From Blasia pusilla (Eukaryota): 64,000 nt of DNA. The stretch is taken from the NCBI GenBank assembly GCA_050084515.1, contig CM114271.1, positions 13,330,001 to 13,394,000 on the forward strand, written 5' to 3'. A program made the translations under genes and the position numbers. Each line of letters starts with the position of its first letter. The stretch's first letter is position 1. The notes beneath the pieces are model-generated. The model was not told where the DNA came from. It made no database searches and saw only the letters and a list, made by a program, of their open reading frames with translations. This document shows positions 49,006 through 62,829 of the stretch, in pieces.

Positions 49006-52000
49006 GATGCCCTAAATGGAGCATTTCGTTTTATCCCTCCATCTGTCTTGACGACTATATCACAGGCGTCCTCTCAAAGGTACACTTCACTGACTACTGG
49101 TTCCGGACTTTAAAGAGGCCAAATAAAAGTTTACTCGGTCGTTTTGTAGTAGGTTAGTAGTGACCGTTAGTCACGTTAGTGTGCGAGGACGAAGGTACAA
49201 GTAACAAGTCGTTCTTAACTTCTTGTTTTTTCAGTTTTGGGCTGTTGTACAGTAGTACAACCGGTCCCACGGCCTTTCGAATGTAACAAGTTCCTGTATA
49301 TACTCATGAGTACCGACTTTTGACCCGACCTCGTCTTTGACCCGTCATGCTCCATGCGCGCGGACCCGCTTTCCATCTTCTATACGAATCCGGGGAGTTT
49401 TATGGCGATACTGGTATTTTTCCTGTTTGTTTATATTTGTATATGACTTGGAGAACTGATCGACCGAAGAAACAGGAGGGGAAAAAGAAAAAGTGCCACC
49501 ACCCCTTAAAGGCATCGGTTTTTCTTCGATAGTTTGAACTTTATAATCCAAAGTTGGCATGCTTGACCCATACGAATGAAAAACGCTCTCATGTTTATGT
49601 TGAGAAAGTTGAGTACCCTTTCCTGCTCCTCTTTTCTAAACTTATCTCTTCATTTTATACTCTCGTCCCAAGGCTTTCTTTTGGAAAACCAATCATCCCA
49701 TGTATTAGTTTGGGAATATAAAAGGTCTCCCAGCCTCTCAATTGGGAAAATTAAAACCCAGTTCCCTTGTCTTTTATTTGTGAAAAAAAAAATACTCTCC
49801 TTTGCTTCACAATTCCATCTCTTGCTCTCTTTGTCCCCTTTTCTTTTGTGCTCAATTTTTAAAGTTAAACTCTTTTTCTCATAATTATTTGAGCATTCTA
49901 CTATAGCAATATGGATTTCATAGGTTTAAATGAGCATTAGTTCACTACTATAAGTGCAACTTGGCTTGGGGCTATAAGATGGGTTCATCAATGATGGCTC
50001 CCAAGTCAATTTGGAAGAAGAAGAAGATTTTTCCATTTTTAGATTCATGAAATTTTTTGGGGTTTGTTTATTTCTTGGATAGGCATTATTTTGTATGTAT
50101 TTTTTCTCCTTTTTAAAAATAGAATTTTCCAAAGACATTGCGGGAAGATCTTATGAAATTTAAGAGCTCATGAAGAAATCTCAAAATTTTCCTAGTTGGA
50201 TTTACAAAGAAATTGGAATCTTCCTAGCCTTAGTTGTACTACTACTTTTCATATTATCATCGGCAACACTACCAATATTTTTTTCAGAAACGTCATGAAT
50301 GTCCAACCTTGAATTCTGCATTGAAAATTTCATCATTGACATGACATCTATTTTTTATCTAAAAATTGAAAATTAATTTTTTTATAAGTTTTTCAAAGTA
50401 TTTCCCAAAAATTTCATCCGAATTTCGAAATTAAAATATTTTAATGTAGATAAGGGCAGAAAAAATTGGAATTTTTTTATTCATTGTGTACTCATTCACC
50501 GCTAATTTTTCCCTCATATTATACGAAATAAATTTATTGAGATACGTTGTATCCTCTTCGTGTAGAAAATATTTACAATCTATTCAAAACAAATTTATAG
50601 GTAAATTCATACCGGAATGAGAGATATGAATCTACCTGCTAGAAAGCAAACATCATCCAATCCTCAAGGTACTTTCTAACCTAATCGGTATGTCTTTTCT
50701 CTTTTTAATCACTTACAAGCACTCATTTTTTTTCATCTAATCTATCCACATATATTTGATAATGAATTTACCCTTTCAAAAGGTTGCACACTGGTTTGAA
50801 ATATTTCCCGTTGAATTTTTCATTGCAGATTCATCTATATAATTGAAAGAGGATGGGATTAGAGAAACCCTCCTCCGGTGTTGATACCTATCCATTCAAC
50901 CCTCCTCCCATGTTGAGACATGTGCTAAAGAAATTAAGAGGGCCTTTCCCCTCACCCGTGCATAGCACTGCCATCATGCTAGTACCCTACAAAAGAGATA
51001 GGAAGTCTTGGGCACCGATTGGTTCCATAGAAGACACATGTAAAGAAAATGGTTTGACCACTTTTCAACGCCTGAATTTATTTTTGCAATGACAATTCTC
51101 ACGGGTAGGTTACGATAATATTTAAAAAACATTTCAAAAATCTCTACTATTTCCAAAAAAGGATTGAAGAGAAAAAGACAATTTTGATTATGGATGAAAG
51201 GAAAAACTTTAGAAATGTCATAAGGATAGGCTAAATGCATCATACCTCCACTATACAACATAGATCTTGCCGGTAACCCTTGCAGCCATGCAGTTATTGA
51301 ATCGAGGGCAATTTTCAAGTTCTCCCTCCAAGATAAGCATATCCCTTCGTTTCTAATAAAATAATGAATCGAATGGACGAGATCATACCCTCAAACAATC
51401 CAAAGACTTTATTTCTTCTCTCTCCGGTAGCTTACAAAACCCATACGAAATCAAATGTGGGCGTTCGCATGAAAGCTATCCTATCTACTCTCGACTCCAT
51501 TTTCTCGACTATATATATGTGGTAGTCGCATTGCGTGTCACAAACACAAATACTTCGTGTGGGCCATTGCACACGTAAACAAATGGCTTGCTGTGACACA
51601 CGACCATGCCGCCAAAGTGACCATAATTAATAGCAAGCATATGATTGTTCTCCTTTTTCCCTGCAGTGGACTAGCTGAGGCTGCTGAGCTATAAGGATAT
51701 GGTTTAGATGGGAACCGCTTCACGAAAGATTCTGTCCCAAGTCCTGAATAATGAAAAAAAACTCCTCTGCAACCCTACGAATGTTTTCCATGTCCTTTAT
51801 TTCCCCCCCTTTCCTCTTGCTCTCCACTACGCAACATTCAACGAAGTGCTCCTCGTAACGAGAAACATCACGAGCCTACAGGGGCTGTCTGAATGCATGT
51901 TCTTATCTTGCCAACCGGAGGAATATAACTTTTCCGTGTACGTCTACGGCTGAAAGGTATTCTCGCTTCTCGAGAGATATTTGCTACACCGTCTTTTGAA

Positions 52001-52586
52001 TTGTTTTCTTTATGGTTTCTTGATGGGAATAGGTGAATGTTTGGAGGCAATTTTATAGAGTGTGTTTATTGAGAGCGAGGGCTTCACATGGAGCAACGAT
52101 GAGCAGATTCATGGTAGCCTACTTTTAGGGAACTTAGAGTGGAAATGTGAACAATTCTTACTTTATTAGCTCTTTCACACTTATGTCAAAAGATCTTCAA
52201 TGACATATATTATGAACGAATACAAAGTTTTTCAGAAAATAATATTTACGAAATAATGCATCCATGAGTTTTGTCACAATAAGAAGTTGATAGAAATAGT
52301 TTTAAGTTTATAAATGAAACCTACTCACATCATTAATTTTTAAATAAAATCACTAAATAAGTGCAGTGACTCAGGGGTAATTTTAATTAGATTTTTTCTT
52401 TGTGAAGAATTTATTAATATTTAAAAATTTATCTTCCAAATCAATTTCAAAAATATATGTGTGTTGATAGGATGAGAGATCCTATTAACAAAGGGTCATG
52501 TGTGGAAAGGAAATGTATTTAAAAATTAAAAGATGGATATCTAATCATGATAGTGATAAATTTTTTTTGCATTTCTTAATCCCTAA

Positions 52587-53265
52587 TCTATATAATAATG
52601 GACATTTTATATGAACAATAAAACAAAATAATGATACAATAAGACAAAAGAGCAACATGGTTGAGTTTTGTTCCTCCAACATATGGGTGGATCACAATAT
52701 GAATTTGAGTGGAATAGGAAAATAAATTTATGAATTAAATAATATTTTTAAATTAATTAATACTATAGTGGATTATCATAGGTGTATAAAAAGAAAAACT
52801 TAGAAGAAAATTTTAAATTTTTTTCCTTTAATTCATATTTGATAGGAAAGAAAAAAGATTTTAATGGAGAAAGAGTAGACATTGTTTAAATTTTATTGAA
52901 AGATGAAATTATTTAGGGAATAAAGAGATAATTTAAATTAATTTTTTTAATGAAATATGATTATTCTAAAAATATATACTCATGTTAATTCATATATGAT
53001 ATTTAAAAAAAATAAAATTAATGAAAAAATTAAAATTAAATAAAGTTTGTTATTTTGATGGGGGAAGAGCGAGTATTATTCAAAATTTCATATAGTAGTA
53101 AAATTATTTAGAGGAGTTGAATATTATTTAAGAATTAATTATTAATATTTTTAAAATTTGAAAAATATATTTAAAATTTGAAACACTTCTATATTACAAA
53201 AACTCATTTGCGAGCTAAACACTTGAAACGAAGCATACTATACGAAGCACAGGCATGCTTATTAG
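52587..53265 (+). mobile_element. AT-rich non-autonomous Helitron
   Basis: Starts A|TCTATATAATAATGG and ends GAAGCACAGGCATGCTTATTAG|T. The body resembles the 31-32 kb and 46.6-47 kb copies. Confidence 0.6.
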
Positions 53266-56200
53266 TCATACTAAACCTTTTCTTAATATCTTCTCTCCTT
53301 CCTACAAATCCATCGAGACTCGCATTTTTTCATACTTGTTGGGTAGTAAAATTTTCAGTGGCGCGGTGCGGGGAAATTCAATTCACGCACCGGTCTCCGC
53401 ACCGCACTGAAGTTTGGTATTTGGTTGTTTCCGTCGGACATGTAATCCCATACGAAGATTAGGTGCGATTAAATCAAACAGCACGCTTTGTCAGCGTTAT
53501 ACGCTAATGAGCGAGGAATATACCCAAGTCAGAAATTTACGTGACACGGTTCGTTTCCCTGTACAGTGGCTTTAGCCCATCACGGACGTGTACGTGGATT
53601 GGGAAGAGCCGAAAATTCCTCTCCCCCGGGACAGGACAGGAGACTGCAGAAGGAGGTCCTTTTCCGCGCTGACAATGAATACGAATCATACGATGAGATA
53701 TCGAGGGGACGAGAATACAAGGAGTCAGCCTGCTGCCAGGGATGGCATGCAGCGAGGGGCAGTGAGTATCGCGCGTGCTGGTCCGCTGGAAAGGTGGGGG
53801 TGGGTGATTGGAGCGGGGCTGCGGGAGCCATGGGATCAGAAGACGTGAACTTCACATTCACTGGTCACTAGGTGTGGCAACTTCGGTCGTCATTCTCAAA
53901 CTGTGCGTTTTGCCAGGTTTCGTTGCCATTGTTTGCATGCTGGGAAGAACTTTCATTGAGCTTGCCCGGCTTTGCAGGGTCCGAGAATTCAGGACGGGAT
54001 CCTGTCGTGGAGGAGGGCCGGTAAGCCCGCATAACTTGCCCACGACGGCCAGTAAAAGGGTACCGTACGATCAGGATTACACAGTGAAAGGCTCGTTATG
54101 CCGGGACTGCGCAAGGGAGAGAAACGTTAACGCACGCTGCTTTGAGTAGCAGTGCTATGAAGCTTTTCTTTTCCCGATAAGACAGAGAGAGAGAAAGAAA
54201 GAAAGAAAGAAAGAAAGGGGGAGCGATGAGAGAGCTGTCTGCAGAATCGCGACAGAGGCCAGCGCGCTGGACAGCAGGCGACGACTGCTGCACCGGAATC
54301 CATGCCCCGCTAAGCACAGGATTTAAATTTATTGGACGAGGGGGCATATTGGGAAGAATCGTGCCACTCTAATCTAGTAAGTCTAGCAAAACGCACAAGG
54401 GATTCAGAAGTGAGATCGATTTTTACACTATTTGCTGATGCAGTCTGCGTCCTAACCTCTTAGACGGTAAAGCCAGTAACGTGAAGGCAGAACACGATGA
54501 CGTACAATTGTCCTCCGTTGTGTATCACTGGTAAGTGGCCCCACCGCGGTTCTGCGCTGCCAAACGAACCGCGTTTTATTACAATGTACGGCTCACTGAC
54601 CTTTGCTTCTTCTGATCGCACTACGGTTACAGCTTCTTCTACCCCTGTTTCCCAGCTGAGCTCTTTTGTATCTTCTCTCTCCTCTCTTGCTTCCCTGTCG
54701 TGTCTACGTTAAAAGATGTTCTTATTGAGACTGTAGTCGCCGTTGGACTGTTTCGTTCAAGGTCGCATATTCTAGCCTCTACATATTCTACTGTCTCTTT
54801 TTCATTTAGTGTTATAGTTTGTGGTCCCATATCACAGTGCGGCACAGCAAGCATACTTGCACTGCTCCTGGTCACCAGAAGTGCTCTTATAAACACCATG
54901 GTTCTTTCATTATGCCTCTACGTCTGTCCACCATATCCTAAGTTGTTGCAGATGAATTTCGCTGAGTGTAGCTCTAACAACTCTTTTGTTAATAAAGGTT
55001 GTAGGCACCCTCTGCAAAACTGTACAGCACACCTAAGATAGGCGCACAATCTTTTTGACTCTTCTCTCCGACTTCTGTGTGGTCGAAAGTCATTCTCTCT
55101 GTCTGAGTAAGTGGAAGTACTGTTACTACCATCGCAGATATGCTTTTCTCAGATGTGAGGAGTTCATCCGCCCAAATTTTCGTCCAATCTTGGAACTCAT
55201 TATCAGCGTCCTGTCATTCCAGTTGCTTCATACATGGGTTTACGCTTAATTTCGTGCTACTGATACTTTTCGCAAATTAGGTTTTATTTCTTCGCACCTT
55301 TTAAGCCCTTCCAGTTCCACTTCGGATTTTCAACTCCAATCAAATGATCAACATCAAGTCTCCGATCGGTGAAGATCATGTGTTGCGGTCTTCTACATTA
55401 CAGCATAAAGGCATGTACTTTCTTGGTGAGTTTCACGACTCTTTTTAACTGTTCTTTCCACTCCACCACCGTTCTATTACGCCGTTGCTCACAGAAACAG
55501 CTCTGAGTTAAGCAGTGATCCGAGAGCTATTAGGCTTCATTGATTCGGGCAGTCGCTCTGATATCTTCAAATGCCGGTATTATAGAGAACTCGACCATTC
55601 TTTATTTCAAAGCATTTTGAATAGCATTTTGAAACCCCAAATATTCTCAAAATTTCCAGCCCACTGTGCCGGGCGACTAAAAGCTTTTGCTCTTTCATGA
55701 TCGCAAAGGAAATCTTAAGTTTATTGCTAGTAAGTCAGGTAGTAAGTCAGAGATGATTAACATCTCTGTTGTCTCAGGCAGACTGGCATGCATAGATCCA
55801 ACCGACTATTGTGTTACTGAAAATTAGTCAGTCGTAAGACGCACCTTTCAGGATGCAATGAAATATATGTTGAGATTCAGTGAGGAATCCTCCCGATGTT
55901 CTCTTTGTTTTGTTGAGTAGCGATTATCGTGGACGAGCTTCGAGGCAACTTTCGGTTGAGCTCTCTTCATTGCCAACTAGTACCCCCCCCTTGAGAAGGA
56001 TAAATAATGGCACTCCCACCAGTCGTATTTATGTTGGGAGTGCCCTTACATTCAGTAATATTTGGAGAGATTTTACCAAGAATTAGCAACATACAATTTG
56101 CTGTGAGCAAGTTGCTCATAGCTTTGGCTGCGTTCCCGGTGCTGCCTTATGAAAACTATCGATTTCGCGTGATCGGAGCATTCCCATCTAATTGCGGATT

Positions 56201-59200
56201 TCATGAAAAGGCCTTCAAATTTTTCTATTGGCGTTTGCATATACCAACAGGAAGTGAGTCTTCGGAACCAAACAATGCTTCCATTTTAGAATCTAGGAAT
56301 TTTCATTATAGGATAGAGGGAAGCTTTAATTTGTAGACTTGAGTGCTTATGATAGCTGGGAATGAGTCTATTTCAGCGCGCAGGTATTGGAGCGAAGAAG
56401 TGACGGTAAGTCTCGCAATCCGTGTGGTTACTCTCTCGGCGAGAAGATCTTGAACAGTTTAGACATTGTGCAGAAGTGTCAATGACTAGAGAAAGAAGTG
56501 TGGATGTGCCTTTCATCATTTTTCCACGCAGAAAGCAGTCCATGCATATCCCAGGGCGGCGGCTTGGACAGTGATTTTCTGCTTAAGCTCATGGAAGGAT
56601 TGGCAGCTTCTAGGTGATTTGGTGCTCTTTAAGACGAGATGACTTTGTATGATTCATTTCACTTTAGCAACGCTGAAAGAGTGGAACAGGATCATCGTTT
56701 CTCCAGCACCAGGTTGTTTCAGTTTGTATACGTCTTTGCTTATTGTCCCGCCTATGAGTTGATTGGAGCGATTGGAATCCAAAGCACTCCTAGTTGGCAG
56801 ATTGCAGAGTGCCTCGCGTGAGACCAGTCATTACTTCATTTCCCAGCATCAGTAGAACTAGACTATCGTTGATGATAACATTCAGAAATGTCTTGTAACA
56901 ACGAGAAACCCAATATATGTCTCACAAGGAAATCAGACATTTGCCAATAATCACCCACCACGCTCTTCTCCATCAAAATGGGTGACAAGTTTTCAGTCAG
57001 TGAGAAGTCTGAAAAATGAGGAGATTAGGAGTCAACGTCTATTCTTCTATTCGGAAGAATAGAAGAACAGACGTTTAGGGACATCCATCAGTGTGTCGAT
57101 CGTGTCACTCTCGAGTCCATGGGTTTGAATCATGAATTTGTGTTGTTAGGCAGCTACAATTGCTCACACGGATTTATATGTGCATACTTACCTGTCCATG
57201 TGATACTTCTTACAGTACGTGAACGGATAATTACACTTACATTCCCAACCTCGAAGAAAATAGCCTAATAAACCCGTGTTCCCGCCAGGCAGAGATTCAC
57301 TCCCAGTCTAGGTCTCCTAGTTTCCTTCCCACATGTAAGCCCACGGTTTCAAACATATCCCGATCATTCTTATGGCGGCCTACATAGATTAGGTTCTTTT
57401 CTATTGCTATTTTTTCCTACACGCCCCTCAAGGTGAACCCGGATGAATGGATTTGAGGGCTCCAAGGGGCGGACAAAATTTTGCAAGTAGAGATCCACGA
57501 GCAAATCGCAAAGCACTCTCTAGTCTTGAATTTCGCGTTGAATACTTGCGGAAATCCCGTATAACCCTAGGTAGTCTCTGTTCCAGCTCTGTTCTTGATT
57601 CCTTCAACTTGTCCTCGCATCCCGCTTATGGGCGATGGAACGATCGTATTCTCGAAGCGCCTTCGGTAGAGTAGTCTTAATTATAACCTGTGTCAGTCCT
57701 GACCTGCGATGCTTAGTGATTACACCATTATTAGTGACTTTCAGAAATGGTGAATTGGCTCCGATGAATCGAGCACTTATTAAATAGGTCGAGGCGGCAA
57801 ATTGTTGCTCTGCCTGAACGGTGGAGAGACACAGGAGCACTGTACGGAGCAACCCACCGGTGCAATCAGAGCCACAAGCAGAGTTTTCCCAGGGGACTTT
57901 GTTTCTCCATGATGGGAATTTTCAACCAAACACAGTTTCTTGTTGTCCGTGTTACTAAAGCATGTGTCAATCAGAAAACCATCTACCCTCCCTTACTAAT
58001 ATTGTATGACTTCGAAATGTACATGAATATAGATGTATAACTCCGAAAGAGAGTGGTATCCACTTGCCGTGAAGCTTGCCTGCCTGTAGGCTAGGAAGCT
58101 ACCTCTCCTACTGGTCTACGAATAGGGTCACAGGGATGCGAGTATTGTGAAGAACGCGATGCAGTACAACATGATAAATTACCGCACTAGTGCATCAAAG
58201 CATCAGCGTAGGCACTTCTTCGGGAAGCTACGCAACTAAACGTTCTGAGACTGGCTGTGATCCGTAAGCCACGCCACCACTCGTGTTGGTTGCTCTACAC
58301 TACCGGCCAGGCTTGGCACGCTTATTCATGGCGCTTCAAAAGCAGTCGCAGCGCTCATTACATCGCTTTCAATTACAAACCCTTCTGCACAAAAAACGCT
58401 CAGAGGGGATTTCTCCGCATTAAGTTTGAAAGAATGAAGTGTGGGTTATATTTGTTTCTGCATCATCAAAGAATGTCCTGATATGAGTCCCAGTATGTGG
58501 TGGGTTCCCATGTTCCGTCTCTGTAGAGGGTTGTTTTCATTCCAGAGCATGGTGGTGGTGCGTGGAGTAAGAACCACGGTTCTCTGGACTCGTAATACTT
58601 CAGTACGAACCAAGGCTTTTCGCCTTGTGTCATTCTGACTCCCCGGTCGTTCATCTGAAAACTTTTGACCACTATTCCTCCTATGGGCTTCCTTTCAACC
58701 AATCCCTCCCTATCAATCCGAGCGTTCCCAAGAAAAAGGCGATTTCTTTTGAAAGAGTGACAGACCTTGCAGCCTATGCTCCTTTCATTCCATCAACAGC
58801 CATGATCACCACCTGCAGCGGGAGTCTTTTCACATGCACACAGGTGGCAGCCTCGGCGCGATCCCAACTCTCAAATGTAGTCCGACAAAGTTCGGCCCAT
58901 CAGCAGCGCAGGCCCATCGACAGATCGTGCGGTGGACCCAGATGTAATTCGATTTAAGAAGTCATCCATCAGTTAAGCATGGCTAGAGCTGAGCTGAGTT
59001 GGTAATGGCCGATCATGATGTGAACCCGCTTTTAAGGATCGTCTAATGCAGTGGTCTGTCAACAAGGAAACTCCCAGCAAACTCAAGTCAGGAGCAGCCT
59101 TTCTAGACGTGAACCACTCCACGCGTTCTCCGCTGCCGCTGTCTTCGCTGGAGATGTAATTGAATGCCACTCTCGGGACTTCATCGGCCAATCAGAGGGG

Positions 59201-59844
59201 CTTTCGAATTCAAGCGTTTGTCCTGGGCTGCCTTCATTAAAAGATCCACCCGAGAACCAGCTAGGAGGCTGGAAGGTGTATCGAGCTTCTCTCGAAGTAG
59301 TTTGCGTACATGTACCAGAATGGCTGCCAGTGCGTCATTGACCCTCCCCAGATGCCGCTTATGGAAGCTTGGGATAACCTGTCAGCGAAGTGAAGGAGAG
59401 TGGCATGGGAGCGAAATCCACCACGCGTGTATGTTAGGAACCAGGGGGCTTCTTATGAATTCGGTAGCTCCGCAGGGAAGTGCAGATAGCTCTGCACTGC
59501 CAATGAATCCATCCTCAGGGAAGTACTCTAGGCACATCGCCAGCGTGAGCCGAGTCTTCGTGGACCTGAGTGAATTTAAATCGAATGAATGCTTTCTCCG
59601 TAGAGCCAGAGTCCTGACGCCCTCCGCTCGGAGCTCGTGTGGTAGGACGTTTCGAACGTACAACGCCCCTTCTTCTCGTCGGGTATTCGGCGTTCTCTGC
59701 CCACCTGTCTGATGCGATTTCGTTTTCTTCTAAACTACCTCCACCCCACTCGTGTTCCAATTCGCGCAGTGCAGTGTCGAGCCCAGAGAAATTCTCTAGA
59801 GTAGCTGAAGTTACGATCTGATATGTCCTGGGCGACGGCGCAAG

Positions 59845-60284
59845 TGTTGAAAAAAATAATGTCTTGTGACTTATCTACGTATGGATAAGGAATAGTGATA
59901 AGTGAGTTATGAGTGAGTAATTACTGAATGAATGACTAGAGAGAGAGGAATGACTAAAACATAAGCATAAAAGGAATATGCAGAAGCAACTCTCGCTCTC
60001 AGTTTAGAAAGGAGTTTCTAGATTCTCTAGAAGGAAAGCGGAAGAGATCTTAGAGATGTGGGTTGCTTGAGGTAAAGGAGAGTCCCTAACCAGGTGCGCA
60101 CAATGCTTGATGAAGAAAAGCGTGACAGGAGAGTGAAACACTCTCAAATTCTAGTAAAATCTCAAATTCTTTTTGCAGTGGATGTAGCTCTTGTTGGAGT
60201 GAACCACGTTACCTATTGATTACTATCTCACTTTGTGGTTATCTCTTCTCAAGTCTAGCTTCTAGATCAATTAATTCTGTAACA
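59845..60284 (+). mobile_element. Solo LTR of an unrelated conventional LTR retrotransposon
   Basis: Termini TGTTG and TAACA, with a near-perfect 5-bp TSD (GCAAG/GCACG) and a TATA-like CATAAAAGG. A minus-strand reading frame runs through the reconstructed empty site. Confidence 0.65.
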
Positions 60285-61457
60285 GCACGTACTACGTCTA
60301 CTGCTTTTTCATCTCACTTGCTTCGCTCTTAAAAGTAATCCCTCCGTGAAAATTACACATGAATATAGAGTTCGTGTATGTATCATGTGAAGTATGAACG
60401 GAGTAGACAAGAACTTCGCCCGATACAGCAAACGAGCAAATAGCACACTCAAACGAACACACTTGCGTCATCTAATTCACACGTGCGAATACTTTTGGGA
60501 AAAGTAAAGATTTTTTATTATTATTAGTAAGGTGCTTGTATCGTGCATAGTGAATACAAAAATGTTTAGTGTATTCACTATGCACGACATGCACTAATTC
60601 ATTAATCTCTTCCCGTGAAGGGAAGAGATTAATGATGTTGCACACAAATTCAATTTTTTTTCTTGCTGCCCATAGTATGTGAAACATTTTCTTGTTGCCC
60701 AATTGCCACATGTCATATAGAGAAGTGTTTGCAAATCAAGAGGGCACTGTCCCATAATAATATAGATTATTAACAAGTGTGCGGCCCCTACTCAAGGTTA
60801 TCGGTTGATTGTAGTTTAGTTTATGTTCAATATATAAATCAGTTCTGCATAAAGTTCAGTAGATAGGGGCTCACATCATTTGAAGTAGCGAGGGGCTTCA
60901 AGCATTCGAAGCACCCGGAGCTCCAAAGGGCGTTGGCCTGTCATGCGTTGGCCGATAAGATTGCGTGGAAGGTGGGCGCAGCCGACAATGGAGACATGGG
61001 AGGTCTAGTGGTGCAGAGGGAAGATATGCCTGTCGAAAATGTGGAGTATATTTGGGAACAAGAGTGATGCACGTTGTATTTCACCGCTGAAATTCCCCGT
61101 GATGCACCTCTGGCCCTCACAGTTTTGATCGCCCTCCGGTTGTTTTCTACAATTCTAAAGGAGTCATGAACTGTTTGGAGGATCTATATCCTTTCACATT
61201 TGCTTTTGTTTAGAAAATGCTCTTGTCAAGAGGTGACAGGGATTCTAATGGACACAATCGATTTCTCCCTTAGGTATTACAATAGAAAGGAATCCGTCCT
61301 TCAAACAATTCAAACGAGTGCAAGAACGAAAGTAGATGATGAAGGAGTAGAAGCGTTACAAATAAAACGTGGAGAACTCAACATGAATCTCAAACCTGTG
61401 ATCTTCTTGGGAGAACCGCGAAAATAAGTTTTAAACCTCTCAAAACTATGACAAGGT

Positions 61458-62073
61458 TGTCGTGCGCATACATATCGCTACACAACATACATTGCTGGTC
61501 ACATCTATACCACACAACACCGATCTTCCCCACACACGGGTCGATCCACACATGTACAAAATCAACTCATACATATACATGGAGATCACACAACAAAAAT
61601 AAAGAGTAGTAAAAATGGCACACCCAGTCTAAAACTCCACTCCTCAATCTACATCGGCATATCGAGCCTCGTCCATCCTGTGCTATCAAGGAATCCGGAT
61701 GCTAGCACCCTAGTCCTATCTCACACACATACAAGAGAGGTGCTCCAACGGCCCAACATGAGAAAGATGGCTTAGGAAAGCCACCTTCCTCTCTTATATA
61801 GGGTTGGGAAGAGCCAAAAGGCTCTTCCCCTAAAAATAGCCCTCCCTTGGTAAACTGCAAGACACAGTTACAGGGGCGTGATGATTTGGTCAACAAGTCA
61901 CCCGGTTGTAAAAGGCCTTAACATGAAAGTTGTCAGAAACAACGTTCCTGACACAATGGACCTATCCTCAACCTCATCCGACACAGTGGGACAAAGTTAC
62001 ACTCAAGATAGTCCGCTGGCTCCAATGCCCTATCCACGATAGATCTTGGCCTATCGGCTACTCAGATGTGACA
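61458..62073 (-). mobile_element. Solo A+B terminal repeat of family I DNMT-retrotransposon
   Basis: Reverse-complement homolog of 19625-20239 (TGTCACATC...GCGCACGACA), with the 4-bp TSD AGGT (61454-61457 and 62074-62077). Confidence 0.92.
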
Positions 62074-62829
62074 AGGTGGTGGGCGATGACTAAGATACTG
62101 TACAAACATTGCAAGCTGTAAGCGCAGAAAACTCAAAAGAGACAAATAAAACTTTGAATCTGCATAATGCGAGAAGAGCGGTAACTAGAGCTTATAAATA
62201 TAGACGAATACTTTGTATTAGGGTTAAACTTGGGCGGGTAAGAGAAACATATGCAAGTAGAGTGCTTATTATCAAGCGGAAAAACTTTAACGCGTAGAGG
62301 GAGTAGAAATTGGACGAGCGGTAGAGCTGAAAAAAACCAAAGGAGTACTCACAACAAAGACCCTCGGAAAGAAGCGAAAAAATTGTAACGCGTAGAAGGA
62401 GTAGAAATCAGACGAGTGGCAAAGTTGAGAAAATATTTATGAGTATTGACGAAAACCAGAGAAGTACTCACAACAATCACAAAAAATACAATCGAATATG
62501 AATTGGAGATGGAAAAATAAATTCGATTCAAACTCATGAGGAATCCGAACAAAAGCATCCGCCATTAGTGTGTAATTGATTACTGCCAGTCTACATGAAC
62601 ACCAAGTATAAACGCTGCCACATTCTTGATATGAGAGAGAGGCATTATGTCTCACAAGAAGCGAGAGGCATAATTTATGATATTGGGAACTTTAGATCCT
62701 CATCGGACTCTTATCGCACGGTGTTGCTTCATAGTAGTCACGTGTTCCGACACGTGGGTGCCTGCAAGAAAACATGTGGATATGGAGCCACCACGAAAAG
62801 GGACCTAAAATGACCCCTACATGTAGTGA

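Noticed and set aside
59826-59850. Minus-strand TTCAACA-CTTGCGCCGTCGCCCAGG as an Athila-type tRNA-Asp PBS
   Set aside because: The match is imperfect (no TGG start), there is no gag downstream, and the near-perfect TSD favours a solo LTR. Not fully excluded.
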